A DNA stretch of 64,000 nucleotides from Balanoglossus misakiensis. Lineage: Eukaryota > Animalia > Hemichordata. Below the pieces are notes generated by a model. It saw only the letters and a program-made list of their open reading frames with translations. It did no database searches and was not told where the DNA came from. The position numbers and the translations under genes are program-made. Shown here one piece after another: positions 51,278 to 63,510 of the stretch. The DNA lies in contig CM082588.2 in NCBI GenBank assembly GCA_040954595.2, positions 6,832,202-6,896,201 on the forward strand, in the 5' to 3' direction. How positions within the stretch are numbered: position 1 is the stretch's first letter; every line of letters starts with the position of its first letter.

Positions 51278-53494
51278 TACATTGAAATGCTTCCACTTTT
51301 GCAGTGTGTAATTCGGATGGTCATGTACTGGAAACTATACATCACATGAACAAATCGAACTGCGTCCATTTTTTTTTCCAAAGTGATATTTCCAGCTCAC
51401 ACTTGTTCCAACTGTGTGTAGGATTAATTGACCTGCCTCCGAAACATTGACGACAATCCAATCAAAACAATCATTTGAGTGAGTTGCTTCAAGACTAATC
51501 TGAGATTACCGACAGCTCAAGCTAATGTGGATAATCCCTAGTGGATTTCATCCTGTAAATAACCGCGGCCATTACACCCCCAGACTCTAATCATCGCTCT
51601 GAGCTGCATGTACAAGTCGCCCCCTACAGCCATGATTTTTTTGCAAAGGCTTGGTTTAATGCACTGCGTATTTCGTCCCAGAGAAAAGTGTATACATCAG
51701 AGTATGTATAATGATTCCTGTAAGCTGTTTTTATTATTTGTATAATCCTCATTGAAAGGTTTTCATAAAACTCTTGTCAACCTCCAGACATTATGTATTA
51801 GCATGCAGTGCCATCGGCAATGCAAATTGTCGGCACGCATATTCTAGTTAGCATTATGTAAATTGATGTCAAGATATTCTCTAGGTCTCTAAAAATTTAC
51901 TGGCAGAAGCCAAGAAATATTCTTCTGTGATTTCAATCTATTGAGACGATTTTTCACGTTGTATTCGAAACGTGCCTTGTACCCCAAATTCCATTTCTGT
52001 ACATTCAATACCATAAACACACTTCTAGGATGTGAAATATTCTTCTGGCCATGCATAATGGATTGATTGTCTACAGATGCAGGGGATGTATTCAACTCAG
52101 TGTGTTATATTGAAAGTTTTGCCCTTCTGGGTCTAAAATACCAAGTTGGACTATAACCAGTGCCGAGATATTTATGTCTCATTAGATTTATCTTGTTATA
52201 CAGACAGAAATATTACACAGCGACCACCGTATTAGATATTTATCCTTTCATATTGGAATTAGGGGCGAGTATAACCCGTATAGTTGGCAGACACGTGTCA
52301 GAACAAGAGATCGCAAAGTCTGTCTCAGCTAAGCTCCCTTAATTTTCGCCCAATGCGCTGCTAATGCAGCGATTTCAATAACATCTAACAGACTTATTAG
52401 ATTACCAGCGCAACTATAGACTATTATTCGCGCCCAATCTGAAAAAAAAACGGTCTTAATATGTTTCTTCTCCCATGGAGCTTTCTAATTTAGATTAAAG
52501 GTTTCATCAGAAAATATCACTGATTATATTTTCGGTGCCCTTCCCCCCTACTGCAGTTCATCCTGTGTCTGTGGCATACTTCCTGAACGAGACAAAAGAT
52601 TTCCCTTTTAATCCAGACTTTACCGTCTTCTTTGTATCGTGTATTTGACAAAATTTCAACCTGCCTGCGTCTGTTTTTCCCAGACGATGGCGTTTCTCCA
52701 TCAAATGTAACTGTAGTACGAGATTTTTACGTCATGAACGTTCGTTTGTGGATCTATGTAAATTTATGCAAATTTCCAATGAGAGTGTTGGAGGTCACAG
52801 TGCAAAGGTCACCGCTATTAGTGTTAATGTGTAACTATGTGTTAGTCGGGGTCAAAGAAAACCATATTTCTATTTTGCAACTATTGATTTTTGCGATACA
52901 GTTGATCCATAAAAAGCTTTCCGGGGAATAACACATGCTTCGCCAATCCATCTTTGTCATATTATGTTGGCAATTTTTTTCTGAAAAAAATGTAGAAAAA
53001 GAAAAGTAGTGAGATATACATATACAAATATACATATTGTCTGAGCATTATTTCAAAAATAAGTTATAAACAAAAATATTAACTCATGGAATTCTCATAA
53101 AATATCTAAATTTCAGCAGGTTATTTGCGTAATTATCAATGTTGAAAAGATCGAATACAACGTTACGATTTCCCAAAGCGTTTTTCTTTGTTGCTAATAT
53201 GCAGAGCACATCTATCTTGCGCCAGATTTTGATATTCCCATCGGTGTCTGTGTGTCTCTTGAAGATCTCTCTATTAAACCACCCGTGGGGAATTCCAAAA
53301 ATTACAATTTCAGAAAGGAAAATTAAATTCCCCCCTTTTTTCTCGGTTTTAATTTGTCTGCAGTTACGACGGTGGCATTCATGAAATGTTGATGCCCCTC
53401 GACTGAGCCGATAAGATTGCATAACAAGGGTTATAGCTATTGTCGGTATAATCTAATGATTTCTGAATCAGGCTGATACCACTAAGGCTGTATA

Positions 53495-53700
53495 CTGTAA
53501 AACGGGTTATATTCGCGACAGGAAATTTTCGCGATATTAAAAGAGGCAAGTGTTACGCGAGGATTATCTTTCACGTTCTCGTATTTCACTGCATTGTTAT
53601 ATCCGAAAAAGATTTTACGTGATTTTTTATTTTCACTTTTTTTTAGGCTCTGGCATAGTTTGCGAAAATTTAATGCTCGCGAAAATAACATGTTTTACAG
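53495..53700 (+). mobile_element. Family B MITE (B2)
   Basis: TA-CTGTAAAACGGGTTAT…AATAACATGTTTTACAG-TA. Confidence 0.9.
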
Positions 53701-55034
53701 TATATTTTTTTCATTATCGGCAATCTGACATTAAAAGAGATGTCGTACAGCGAGCGATAGGGCTAGACTGACGGTTCCTCCACTCACCCCTAACAAAGCC
53801 AATTTGACCCACATTGCTAATGATCAAATGGGGATACACCATGGATCACTGAACCCGTCTTTTGTGGAGAGGGTAGATTCCTGCTGACGCGCTGTGTACT
53901 GCGAGCGCGTATCAGCGCTGGCCGTCGCGCACGACGACTCGCGAGAAAATCTGGCTCCATCAAGACATTGTCAAAACAGACAAACTGCCGTATCAATTAA
54001 AACCTGCCTAAGTCAACAAACTGAAGCATTTGTATTGTGTGCCCGAGATGATTGTAAACGGTCCGCAGTAAATAATTAATTCCTCTCATCAACCAGCTAA
54101 CAATAAAACCTTTCTATCCGTCGAACACCGGGGAATATTGGCCCGTGTAGTCAATGGGTTTGGGGATTTAGCGTTTTCTATTATTAATCATGGAGAACGA
54201 TCATGGCGTTTGATGGGGGAGCACACCACGTCCATAAAACGTACAGGCAGGTTTAGTCGTGAGGTGATACGAATGGGAAGGTTTTTCTTCAGGAATTTCT
54301 GAACTTTGCGAACCCCGGCACAGGATTTTGAGAGGGTGTGTTTAATGTGAATGGTACTTTTGAAAATCTTCAGCAAAATTCGTAGTCATGTTATAATAAT
54401 TGTTTTAAAAAAGACAAAAAGAGAATTTTTTTCTACCTACCCTATTAACGTGGTATCGAAAGCACACAATTATTTTTTTTTTTTGGGGGGGGAGTGACTG
54501 CAAAAAAATCTGTAAATTCACAAACTCGCATTCTAATAGTTGCCCATCAATGTCCCCTGTGGCAGGGGAAAGTGGTTGTCTGCAGTCTTTTTGTCGGTGC
54601 AGCCCCAAAGTGCAGTTTGCAAGCAGCTTGTCTCTGATGTTCCGCGGTAGTTGCCATCCTGCTAATAGTTCGTGACAAGTCACCAGATTGCTGCCTCTCA
54701 CCGAATCACAGACTCTGAGAGATTTGTACAACACTACATCAGATGGCCCCATTGGTCCAGTGCTCAAATATAAAAAAATATATATATATATACCCACTAT
54801 GTCTCAGATGGCTAAAATGTACATTGACACTTACTATACTCGCATATTACTCCTTATTAAAATTATCAACAGAATTATCTAATGACAGATTTGTTCTCTC
54901 CACCATAAGTTTTCTCTGGATGAAGTGGATTGAAATTTAAAGACAAAGAAGCCAGTTTCTGGATTTTAAGTTTTATTGCCACTTAGACTAATTCTAAATG
55001 ATAATTGTCTCTACCCTGCCATTTTAGTTTTGCT

Positions 55035-55164
55035 TTCTGTTGCCAGTCCTATTAGGCATTACTGTAGAAGGTATTTTTCTCTGCCTCATCATCTGCCACA
55101 ATTCAAACAATCCCCCCCCCAAAAAAATCCTCCATCCACCCCCAGATATTGAATGGTTCTCCCC
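55035..55164 (+). mobile_element. Family H fragment (right half)
   Basis: gccagtcct…aggcatt…catctg…aaaaatcctcc…aatggttctcccc matches 31830-31955. Confidence 0.5.
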
Positions 55165-55178
55165 TAAACGTTGAGCTA

Positions 55179-55386
55179 CTGTAAAACACCTTATTTTCGC
55201 GAGCAATAAATTTTCGTGAAATCCGCGCGAGCCAAAATAGCGTGCAAATAAAAAGTCGCGTACATTTTTTTGAAGATAACGATGCAGTGAATGAAATAAG
55301 ACAACGCGAAAATCAATACTCGCGAAACAGTGGCCTCTCTCGATATCGCGAAAACTTCAACTCGTGAAAAATAAAGTGTTTTACAG
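55179..55386 (-). mobile_element. Family B MITE (B1)
   Basis: TA-CTGTAAAACACCTTATTTT…AAAGTGTTTTACAG-TA. Confidence 0.9.
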
Positions 55387-55703
55387 TATGCGCCAGTTTG
55401 TTGCAAAGCTAAGCCAGGGAAAGTGCGGTTGAGTGAAAACTCACAATTTGTCTTTCACTCTAATTTGTTGCCGTAATTACCGCCCCCACAAAGCAAATCA
55501 ATGACACGGAAAACTTGCAAATAATTACTGCCAAATCCCAAAATCCTTCCCTTGTTGTCGTTCTGTGGAATTCTCTCGGAAATGACGGCAGATGTTTAGT
55601 GTTGTTGACCGACCTGTTGCGGAGATAACCTCAGATTTCAATTTGGGAAACCCTGTAGATTCACTGCAGACTATTCTTGCCTGTGTCTGAGACTCTCTTT
55701 TAA

Positions 55704-55923
55704 AGGGACAAAGTCTCTCTCTCTCGCTGCCCTTTTTCCATTAATTATGTTTGATACAAGACACTGTTTATGTTAATGTACATGTGGATATATAGTGAAT
55801 CAATGTTCAACCACACACAACTTCCATCCAGCTTGTAGACACGAGAGTGAAAAAAACTCGCAAAAAAGAATAATCGTTCTCTAACATTTATTTGTTTTGG
55901 GCGAGTTTTAAATCTCATATCAT
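55704..55923. mobile_element. Family A MITE, truncated
   Basis: TTAA-AGGGACAAAGTCTC…; similarity ends at about 55923. Confidence 0.87.
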
Positions 55924-58900
55924 ATGGCTGTCTCTGTGACTTTGTGTGTGTGCTTGTTTTTGTCATTCTCAGAGTGGCACTTTGTAACACAAAGAGGGAA
56001 GAAAATGGATTTTTGTGAGTTTACCGTACTGGTTCAAGCACTGTTAGGTGCAGAGTTATAATAACTTCGGTAGTTCCCGATGTTCAATCATCCAGGAAAA
56101 CTGGTGTTGTTTCTTTGTTTTTTAAAGTACAGTCCAACCTCTCTCACTTTTCTGACGGAAAACAAAACTAATAGAACGAAAATAGCAGATTCTTTTTTTC
56201 AGGAATCTCTGCAAACCAGATACCACTGTGCCATAAACCGAACATTCTTTAACACCCCTATATGATTGTGCAGTTTAGACAGGTGTCCTGTGTGTTGTAT
56301 TTGACCAGCACTTTGAACCAAACAGGACATGATTGCATCCCCCTTAGAGCTATATGCATTATCCATGAGACCTCTGCAACCATCTTTATGCCCATTAGAC
56401 TGGACGGGCACTTTCAATGGATTTTATTGACGGCATGTAAGAATGCATCTTTACAATTTTAATGCTACATGTATCTCTGTCAATTATTTTCGGTGAAATG
56501 GAGATTTGAAACTTAGAAAGCTCTCTCCAAGTGAAGATGCATCAGAAAACAAAAGTCCCTGACATTTTGCAGGAATTTAGCCATCCAGTTGAGACAAATC
56601 AGCTTTATTCCGGGATAATGAAGTCTGGAAAACTGCCCGGTGTAATTCTATTGCTCGGTGATCCATTGAGGTTCAGTGTAGCATCAGATCAGCCTCTGGT
56701 TTTTGAAGGATGGTAATTCCTTCAATTGTGAGATGTCTACACGCCGACCGATCGACCGACCGACTCGCGCCCGTATATCCACAGGATATGTCCGCACCGA
56801 CAATGACTTTTCAGAAAAAAAGACGCTTTCACGTCGCAGGAGTCGTAACTTTGTTTGTGGAAGTCTTTAACGATTGATGAAGGTGAGCTTATTGCCCTCC
56901 GATTCAATTTTGCAACAGTTGCCGTCCCCCGCTTTGCATACCCATTATCGGTGCTCTCTAATTAGTCAAGTTTCCTGCCTTTGATATTTTCTTTGTCGCA
57001 GTTTTTGCGGAGATTATACCTAATTAGCCGGGCTCTTAGCGGCCAGGGCTAATTCTGATAAGTAATTAATGACTCCGGTTAAGTTAATTCCCCCCTTTTA
57101 ACTTCTGAAGGACAGTTACTTAGAGTTGAGCACCGGGCAAAAAACAAAAGCCACCATTTACTGTCTTTTGTCCCGACAGGATTTGTATGTTTTTAAAAGT
57201 TGCCGGTCTTTGAAATTTCTCACAAAGACAATGAGATGAGTTTAGGAATTTCCCCCGGAGCGATTCCTGCCAGCACCCCGAGTGGTGGTCACCATTTGTT
57301 TTCCACCAGCAACGCATGTATCTCTAGTCTGTTTTTAATTGTCCTGTTAAGACTGTCTGTAATCCCGCTCCCAAAAAGAAGAAAATATCCCTCCTTTCTG
57401 TTATTCTTTCATATTAACTTTGTCGTCGGCATATTTACAAGTCGGTTTTTTTGTCGCGGGTTTTTGTCGAATTCCCGCCACCCGGAATGTTTGTTCCTGG
57501 AAGGTTTCCCGCCTGCAGGGCGAGATTCCGGGCCTTTGATGTTGTGACTCCGACCACTAGACGAGCAGTGTCAACAACACTTACAAAGAAAACTGCCGGT
57601 CAGATCGGCCTTACCCGTCAGGATCCGAGATTATACCCGCCCTTGTGATGTTTGAAACTTAGAACCGTCCTCCTGTCAGTGACACTGCGATCGAACCAAT
57701 GCATTGCAGTTGGGGTGGGATGGTTCTCTCTGGCAATAACATTTTTATCCACAATAAAATATTTCAATTATATTCCTTATCCTCTAAAATCCTCACCATT
57801 ATTAAGCCATATTACTTGCATTTGCATCAGTTTGTCATCTCTTGGTGATGCATACCACGATAGCTGCGTACTGTTTGTATGGAGGCTGATTAAATCAGTG
57901 TGGCACCGTTTTGAGACATAGCGTTTTCAAATCGCTACATACAGCCACAATCGGGCATCGATAAGGTGTTCATGTATACCTATAATCATAAAAATAATGC
58001 AAAAAGTAGCAGCTCTAGAGGCTTTAATTAAAAACGAAATTTAATACAAGGTGTATGGTACGCCATGGTTTGTGAACTACACATATTGAAATGCCGGGAA
58101 TCTCTGCCAATTTGGCCTGTGTTTTTTCAAAATATGTTGTGGGTTGGAATTAGTATGAAGGGACAGTGAGAGATCAGCGGAGAGATTGATCGGGCCGGCC
58201 CGGCAGCGATGCGATGGCAACTATGCAGATTAGTGGGAAGGGACATATTGATGAGTGAAGTGTGTCTGCTTTTACAGCCTGGAGTGGCATGTATGTAACA
58301 GACTTCCAGATCCATAACAAAACATACTTGAGACAGGGGGGGGGGGGGGCAGACAGACAAACCCTATCCACTTCAGTGGCATTATCAACCGGTGGGAGAT
58401 TAATCGATGGCGTTTATCAATGATTCCCCATGCCCGCCGTCCCCTCCACTTTGCAAAGAAAGCCCCCCTCCTTTGCATGTGAATCGGGCAAATTAAGACG
58501 CTAAAGGCCGGGGTAATGAGACAGTTTACCGGACGCGTCAAAAACTCCACAACAGTCAATTGTCGGCGATAGTACGTAATCTCTGTTTTCTTCAGGAGGG
58601 GGGGGGGGGGAGAAAAGAGAGTGAGTGATCCATCTCCGAGGGTCTGGTCTATTGTCCGGGGGAGGAATTGATTAGTTTTTGAAAAACGCAAAGCGCATGA
58701 TAATTGGCAAGGGAACAACACAGACGGATTTGCAACTGAGCTAAGAGACCGGGTCTTCTGCAAATGCAGATGTTGCATCTCTTAAACAGCTTACTATTAA
58801 GTAACTCCCTTTGATCGTTGGGCGTAATTAACATACCTGAATAGGGCTGGAGAAATCCCCCTATACCCCCAACGAGAAAAGAAAAACCTGATCCCGCATT

Positions 58901-61451
58901 GTCATGGCTAAACAAAACACACACTGAAAACAGACTCACTCTGTCGTCCTTTGTCGAGCCTTTGTCTTGGCAACAGACACCGGCTAATGCTAATAGCTGC
59001 CCCGACAAAACAACCGGCATGAAAGACGGGTGGAGCAGGCGGAAAACAAAACTTGTCAGAATTATGAGGAGAGTGACAAGAACAACATAGTATACTTGGA
59101 AGATTTCAAAAGGCTACTAATGATCTGCGGTCTTAATTAATAAGCCGGCGTAGTGATTAGCGAAAAATGCTGCAGGTTACGGCATACAGCACGTTTTAGT
59201 GATTGAAATTTTTTTTTCCTCGTGATCTGTATTCCATGCGCAAACATATCCGAGACAATTCTGTCGGTTTTCAAGCGGTGTTCCGCATTGTCTGGGCGTC
59301 TCTGAGTGTGGTAGAGTAAACTCGAAGGTGTTGCAGATCGTCGTAATTTCAACACAGAAAGGATGAACTTTAGCAGATGCGTGCAGTTCAACAATGCAGC
59401 TTTCTAAACATGAGTGAATGATATTGATGACAAGCTGCCGATTTTTTTTTTTTTTTTTTTTTTTTGGGGGGGGGAGGTAAAATGCCCATGTGTGAGATTC
59501 TATCATCTGAATATTACCCAGAATGCTTAGTTTTGGATCTTGTATATGAGCATGCTCCGATTCAACTAGATCGAAAAGGTTTTGCTGTCGATCGTGGTCT
59601 GTATTTCCGTGCATATAGGGAAACTTTTCATTTTTAAAAGCCGGCGTTAAAAGCTATTGCAGTGGTATGTTGTCACAAATGAAAAGGTGGAGATTTTACC
59701 TATAATGCTTTTGATCAGTAGTGGAGCTATAAGGATTTAGTAGAGTTGTTTTGTGTTGGAAACCGTTTGGATTTACAGTGAAAAAAGACAAGGTATCGTT
59801 GTGCGAAGGACAGTTTGTAACACTCAGAATTAGTTTGCCAACAATGACGTTTTAATATGTTTTTAAATAACAGCAATTGACAGAGTACATGGAAGTCAGA
59901 CCCGACGCAGTATCATCATTCATCATGTGTTCATATTTAATACAAGTTGGCGATCGCGTGACAGATGGCAATGACATGCTTCACACAGCCAACGCTGGCT
60001 AATAAGTGTTTGAAATTACAATGTTCGTGTCATCAGATTATTCTGCAGTGATGTGGAATATAGCTTTTGGGGGGAGGGTACCCTGCTCATCTATGTTTTA
60101 ACGTTGTTAGGCAAAGGATGTCTGTTTTCAACTATAAATACTGACAGCTGTGAGGTCCAAAAATGCTCTCTTAAGACTGGGTCTGCCTGCCTGGCTATTG
60201 TCTTCAGAACTTTTATCAAAATTTGAATTTTGCAGTCCAGACCATACTGTAGTTCTGGTAGTTGCTGCTCTTTTTTGACACGAACGACAGAAACACCAAA
60301 GAAGCAAAATTAATAAGCAATGAACACAGGAAAATGATGTTACATTTCAAAATGGGGAAAACATGCCTACATCAAAAACTATAAAAATATATCCCCCATT
60401 GAAAGTATTTTTAGAGTATGCAAAGTACATATTAGCATATTTTAACTCGCATTTATTTACAGTTACACCCAATATAAGTTGACATAGTGCTCATTCCAAA
60501 CATTTAACCTTTGGAAAAGTAAAATTTAATCAGCCAGTGTAGTTAATATTTATTGAATACCATGTCAGAATCATATTGTCTTTTGTTTAATATATTTTAC
60601 TGATGTTTTTAATTATGGATACTGTTTACATTGTTGGAATGTTCGTACAAAAAAAACTTTATGGAGTCTCAGAGCATAAAACCATATTGATATACAACAT
60701 TGTGTTAAACTAATTTCAAATGTTCAATTTCAAATGAAACCCCAACAAGTAAATGTTTTGTATCAGATTTTTTCTTGAAAATCAAAGGTAAGGGATGGCA
60801 AGAGAAATTCTCATTCTGGTGGCGTTTCTTAATTCAGAACGTTTCAAAAATGACTTATAGGCTGATGGTATCCATCAAATCAATTGACAAGTTCCGGTGT
60901 ATGCATGAACTATTTAGTTTGAGATTACACTATCCACAAACATAATCTCAAGTCGGCCAACAAAATATCCATCATGAGTTGTCGCCATCAATCACGGCCA
61001 GCCACTGGAATTAATGTCACTGCAGCAGTGCATGCTGGGACGTCTGTGCGTCTGCTCAGAACAGAGGGCAGCGTGGGATGCTTCATCATGTGGGTATTGA
61101 AATGACAGTAGACATATTGGATAGGTCGCCGTGTCACAGCCAGTGTCGGTGAAGGTGAAATCTAAACCCGCTACGACAAAAAAAATCAAGGTGCTTGCTT
61201 CGCTTAAAAAAAAGAGATTTCGCACGTTCCCCCGAGGGTCGCAGCTGACGTGCGAGGTCACTAAAGGCTTTGAATGGGAATATAACCTAAAGTTTACTAA
61301 TTGAAGTTACGGTGAAAAAAAACACCGCAAGACCTGTAGTCTCTCAGAGTAGGCTGTGATATTTCGCTGTAGATTAGTGAATGGTAAATGGAATTTCTAT
61401 TCTATAGGCAAAGCCAGCTGTTTAGAATTGAAGATACAATAGTGCAGTATC

Positions 61452-61850
61452 TTTCTCCCCTCTGCCTCCTCCTTCCCCTCCCTCCCATTCTCTCTTCTCC
61501 CTCCCTGCCCTCACTCACTCTCTCTCTCTCCTTCCCTCCCCTCCTTCCCAATCTGTCCTTCCTCCCTCCCTCCCCCTCTCAATCTCTCTCTCGTTCTCTC
61601 CCAATCCTCTCCCTCCTTCTCCCTCTAACCCCCCTCTCTCTTAACCTCTCTCAATCTCTGTCTCTCTCATGCATGCATGCATGCATACAGACATAGATCC
61701 CCCTCTCTCCCTCCCTCCCTTCCCCCTCTCTCAATCTCTCTCTCAGTCTCTCTCTCTCAATCCTCACCCTCCCTTTACCTCTACCCCCTCTCATTTCCCT
61801 CTCTCAATCTCCTCCTCCCAGTACACACATAGATCTCCCCTCTCTCACTT
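61452..61850. repeat. Long polypyrimidine (C/T) low-complexity tract
   Basis: About 400 nt of mostly C/T on the + strand, with recurring ctctcaatctctc. Confidence 0.9.
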
Positions 61851-62777
61851 TCATTCAATGTGCTGTAAGAATTTGAACTCTGCAAAACCAAGTGACATTT
61901 AAGCACAGGCAAAATGGAGCTCCTTGATTGAATTTGAAGCAGTCGAGATCAATCCCGGTCTCGGACTAAACTGAACAGCTGGGTTGGAATGAGTCCATTT
62001 GTTGCGTTGTAAATGTATCCGTGGTTACGGTGCAATGTTATCGGACTTGTAATTACTGGCAATTGCCTTTTGCTCTTTTCTGAGTCTAATATTTCACTAA
62101 CCACTCAAGAAATGCTTTCATGATGAAACGAGAACCAGGGTGTCAGCATTTTCCAGTGCATTTGATTTGCAATAAATTCTGCCGCTGTATAGAAAGATAC
62201 ATCTCTGTTGCCATTTGGTCAATTCTAGTTGTACGTGACAGGGCACTCTATGTTATCGGATGATTTACATGTATTGCTTTTTCTGACATCATAAATTCGT
62301 GCGATGGATGTGCCTGAGTTATAACGTCTGGCTTGGCTTCTTTCCTGGTGCCATAAATTGTTCCATGTGACCATAATTCACACTACGAATCACACCTCAG
62401 TAAACTGCCAGGTAACAGTTCTGAGACTCAAATTATCCCTTGACATCTTAAATCATTGCTGTTTCAATTGATTTGAAAGCAGAATGGTAGGGTTTTGTTG
62501 TGTCATTGATGATGTAGCAGTATACTTGTCGTTACAAATCATCTCAACAACGAAATCTGGACTTTTCCCTTTCTGCGTTTATTCGGCATATTCCTGAAAT
62601 AATGACTTTGAGAGTTTTCTTACAGGTCACCCAACAAGATATAGATTACATTGTACTTGGTGCAAAATTACTTTCATTTGATTTAATTGTACTAGTCATG
62701 CACAAATTTCCATTCTTCAGGTTTGTCGTATTATATTAGTAATAAGAAAATGCCAACAGGATAGAACTTTCTTTCTT

Positions 62778-62940
62778 AATTTGTTTGTTTGTTTCTTTAG
62801 CCATCCATCCATCCATCCATCCATCCATCCATCCAGTTTGTTAGCTTGTTTGTCTGTCTTTCTATCTGCGCGTGCATGTGTGTCTGTCTGTCTGTCTCTC
62901 TCTGTTTGTCTATCTAACTGACTGACTGACTGACTCACCC
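62778..62940. repeat. Compound microsatellite (TTTG)/(TCCA)/(TCTG)/(TGAC)
   Basis: Directly visible. Confidence 0.9.
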
Positions 62941-63417
62941 CTCATTCATCCTCTAACTGACTTTCTCACCCAAGCAACGAAGAAGGAAAAGTTTCTTTTC
63001 CACCACTGAGATTTCACAGCGACAATTTATTAACCGACCGAGTAAGGTACCCGGCTAAGTTGAACTTCTTTCCTTGATGATCACAATGCCGACAGCTTCA
63101 GTAGGGTCTGCCGTGTACACAGTAATCTCCAAAATGGAAAAAGGAGATTCCCTGGATTCATTCCGGGAAATCTAATCTGCTGCGCGCCACTCATCAAACC
63201 TGTCTAGTGGTTTGTTAGTGACCATCTATTCATTTGCCGGTAATTCCGTTGCTGCAAACGAATGAATAATTGAAGTCAGAAGGGAATAATGGAAGTGATG
63301 GAGATGTTTTTTTAAATGTCAGGAGGAAACTCCACCATTAGAACATAAAATGGGAGACTTCGAAACCTTCTGAAAAATGATCAAAGTGAACACCGGCAAC
63401 CTGATATATTAATTATA

Positions 63418-63510
63418 ACCCCTCCGGCACCATGGTTTGGTCCAATTCCATTGTTTTTTCTATGGTAAAGAAGAACCTATAGAGTGGGGTGGGGGTGTCG
63501 GGGATAGGTT
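63418..63510. mobile_element. Family D relative, diverged
   Basis: caccatggtttggtccaattccattgttttttctatggtaaag…gggggtg matches the 2562 and 41572 copies. Confidence 0.5.

Noticed and set aside
24367-55990. Recurrent similar peptides (…THNFHPACRHESEK…, …YCKTLYFSRVEIFAISREAT…) resembling a small gene family
   Set aside because: They are translations of MITE families A and B, with frames broken differently in each copy.
62611-62750. Acceptor-like sites (ttcttacAG near 62625, ttcttcAG at 62720) as candidate TMEM135 exon 7/8
   Set aside because: In the required phase both hit a stop within a few codons and show no KDGL-like similarity; exon 7 probably lies beyond the window.
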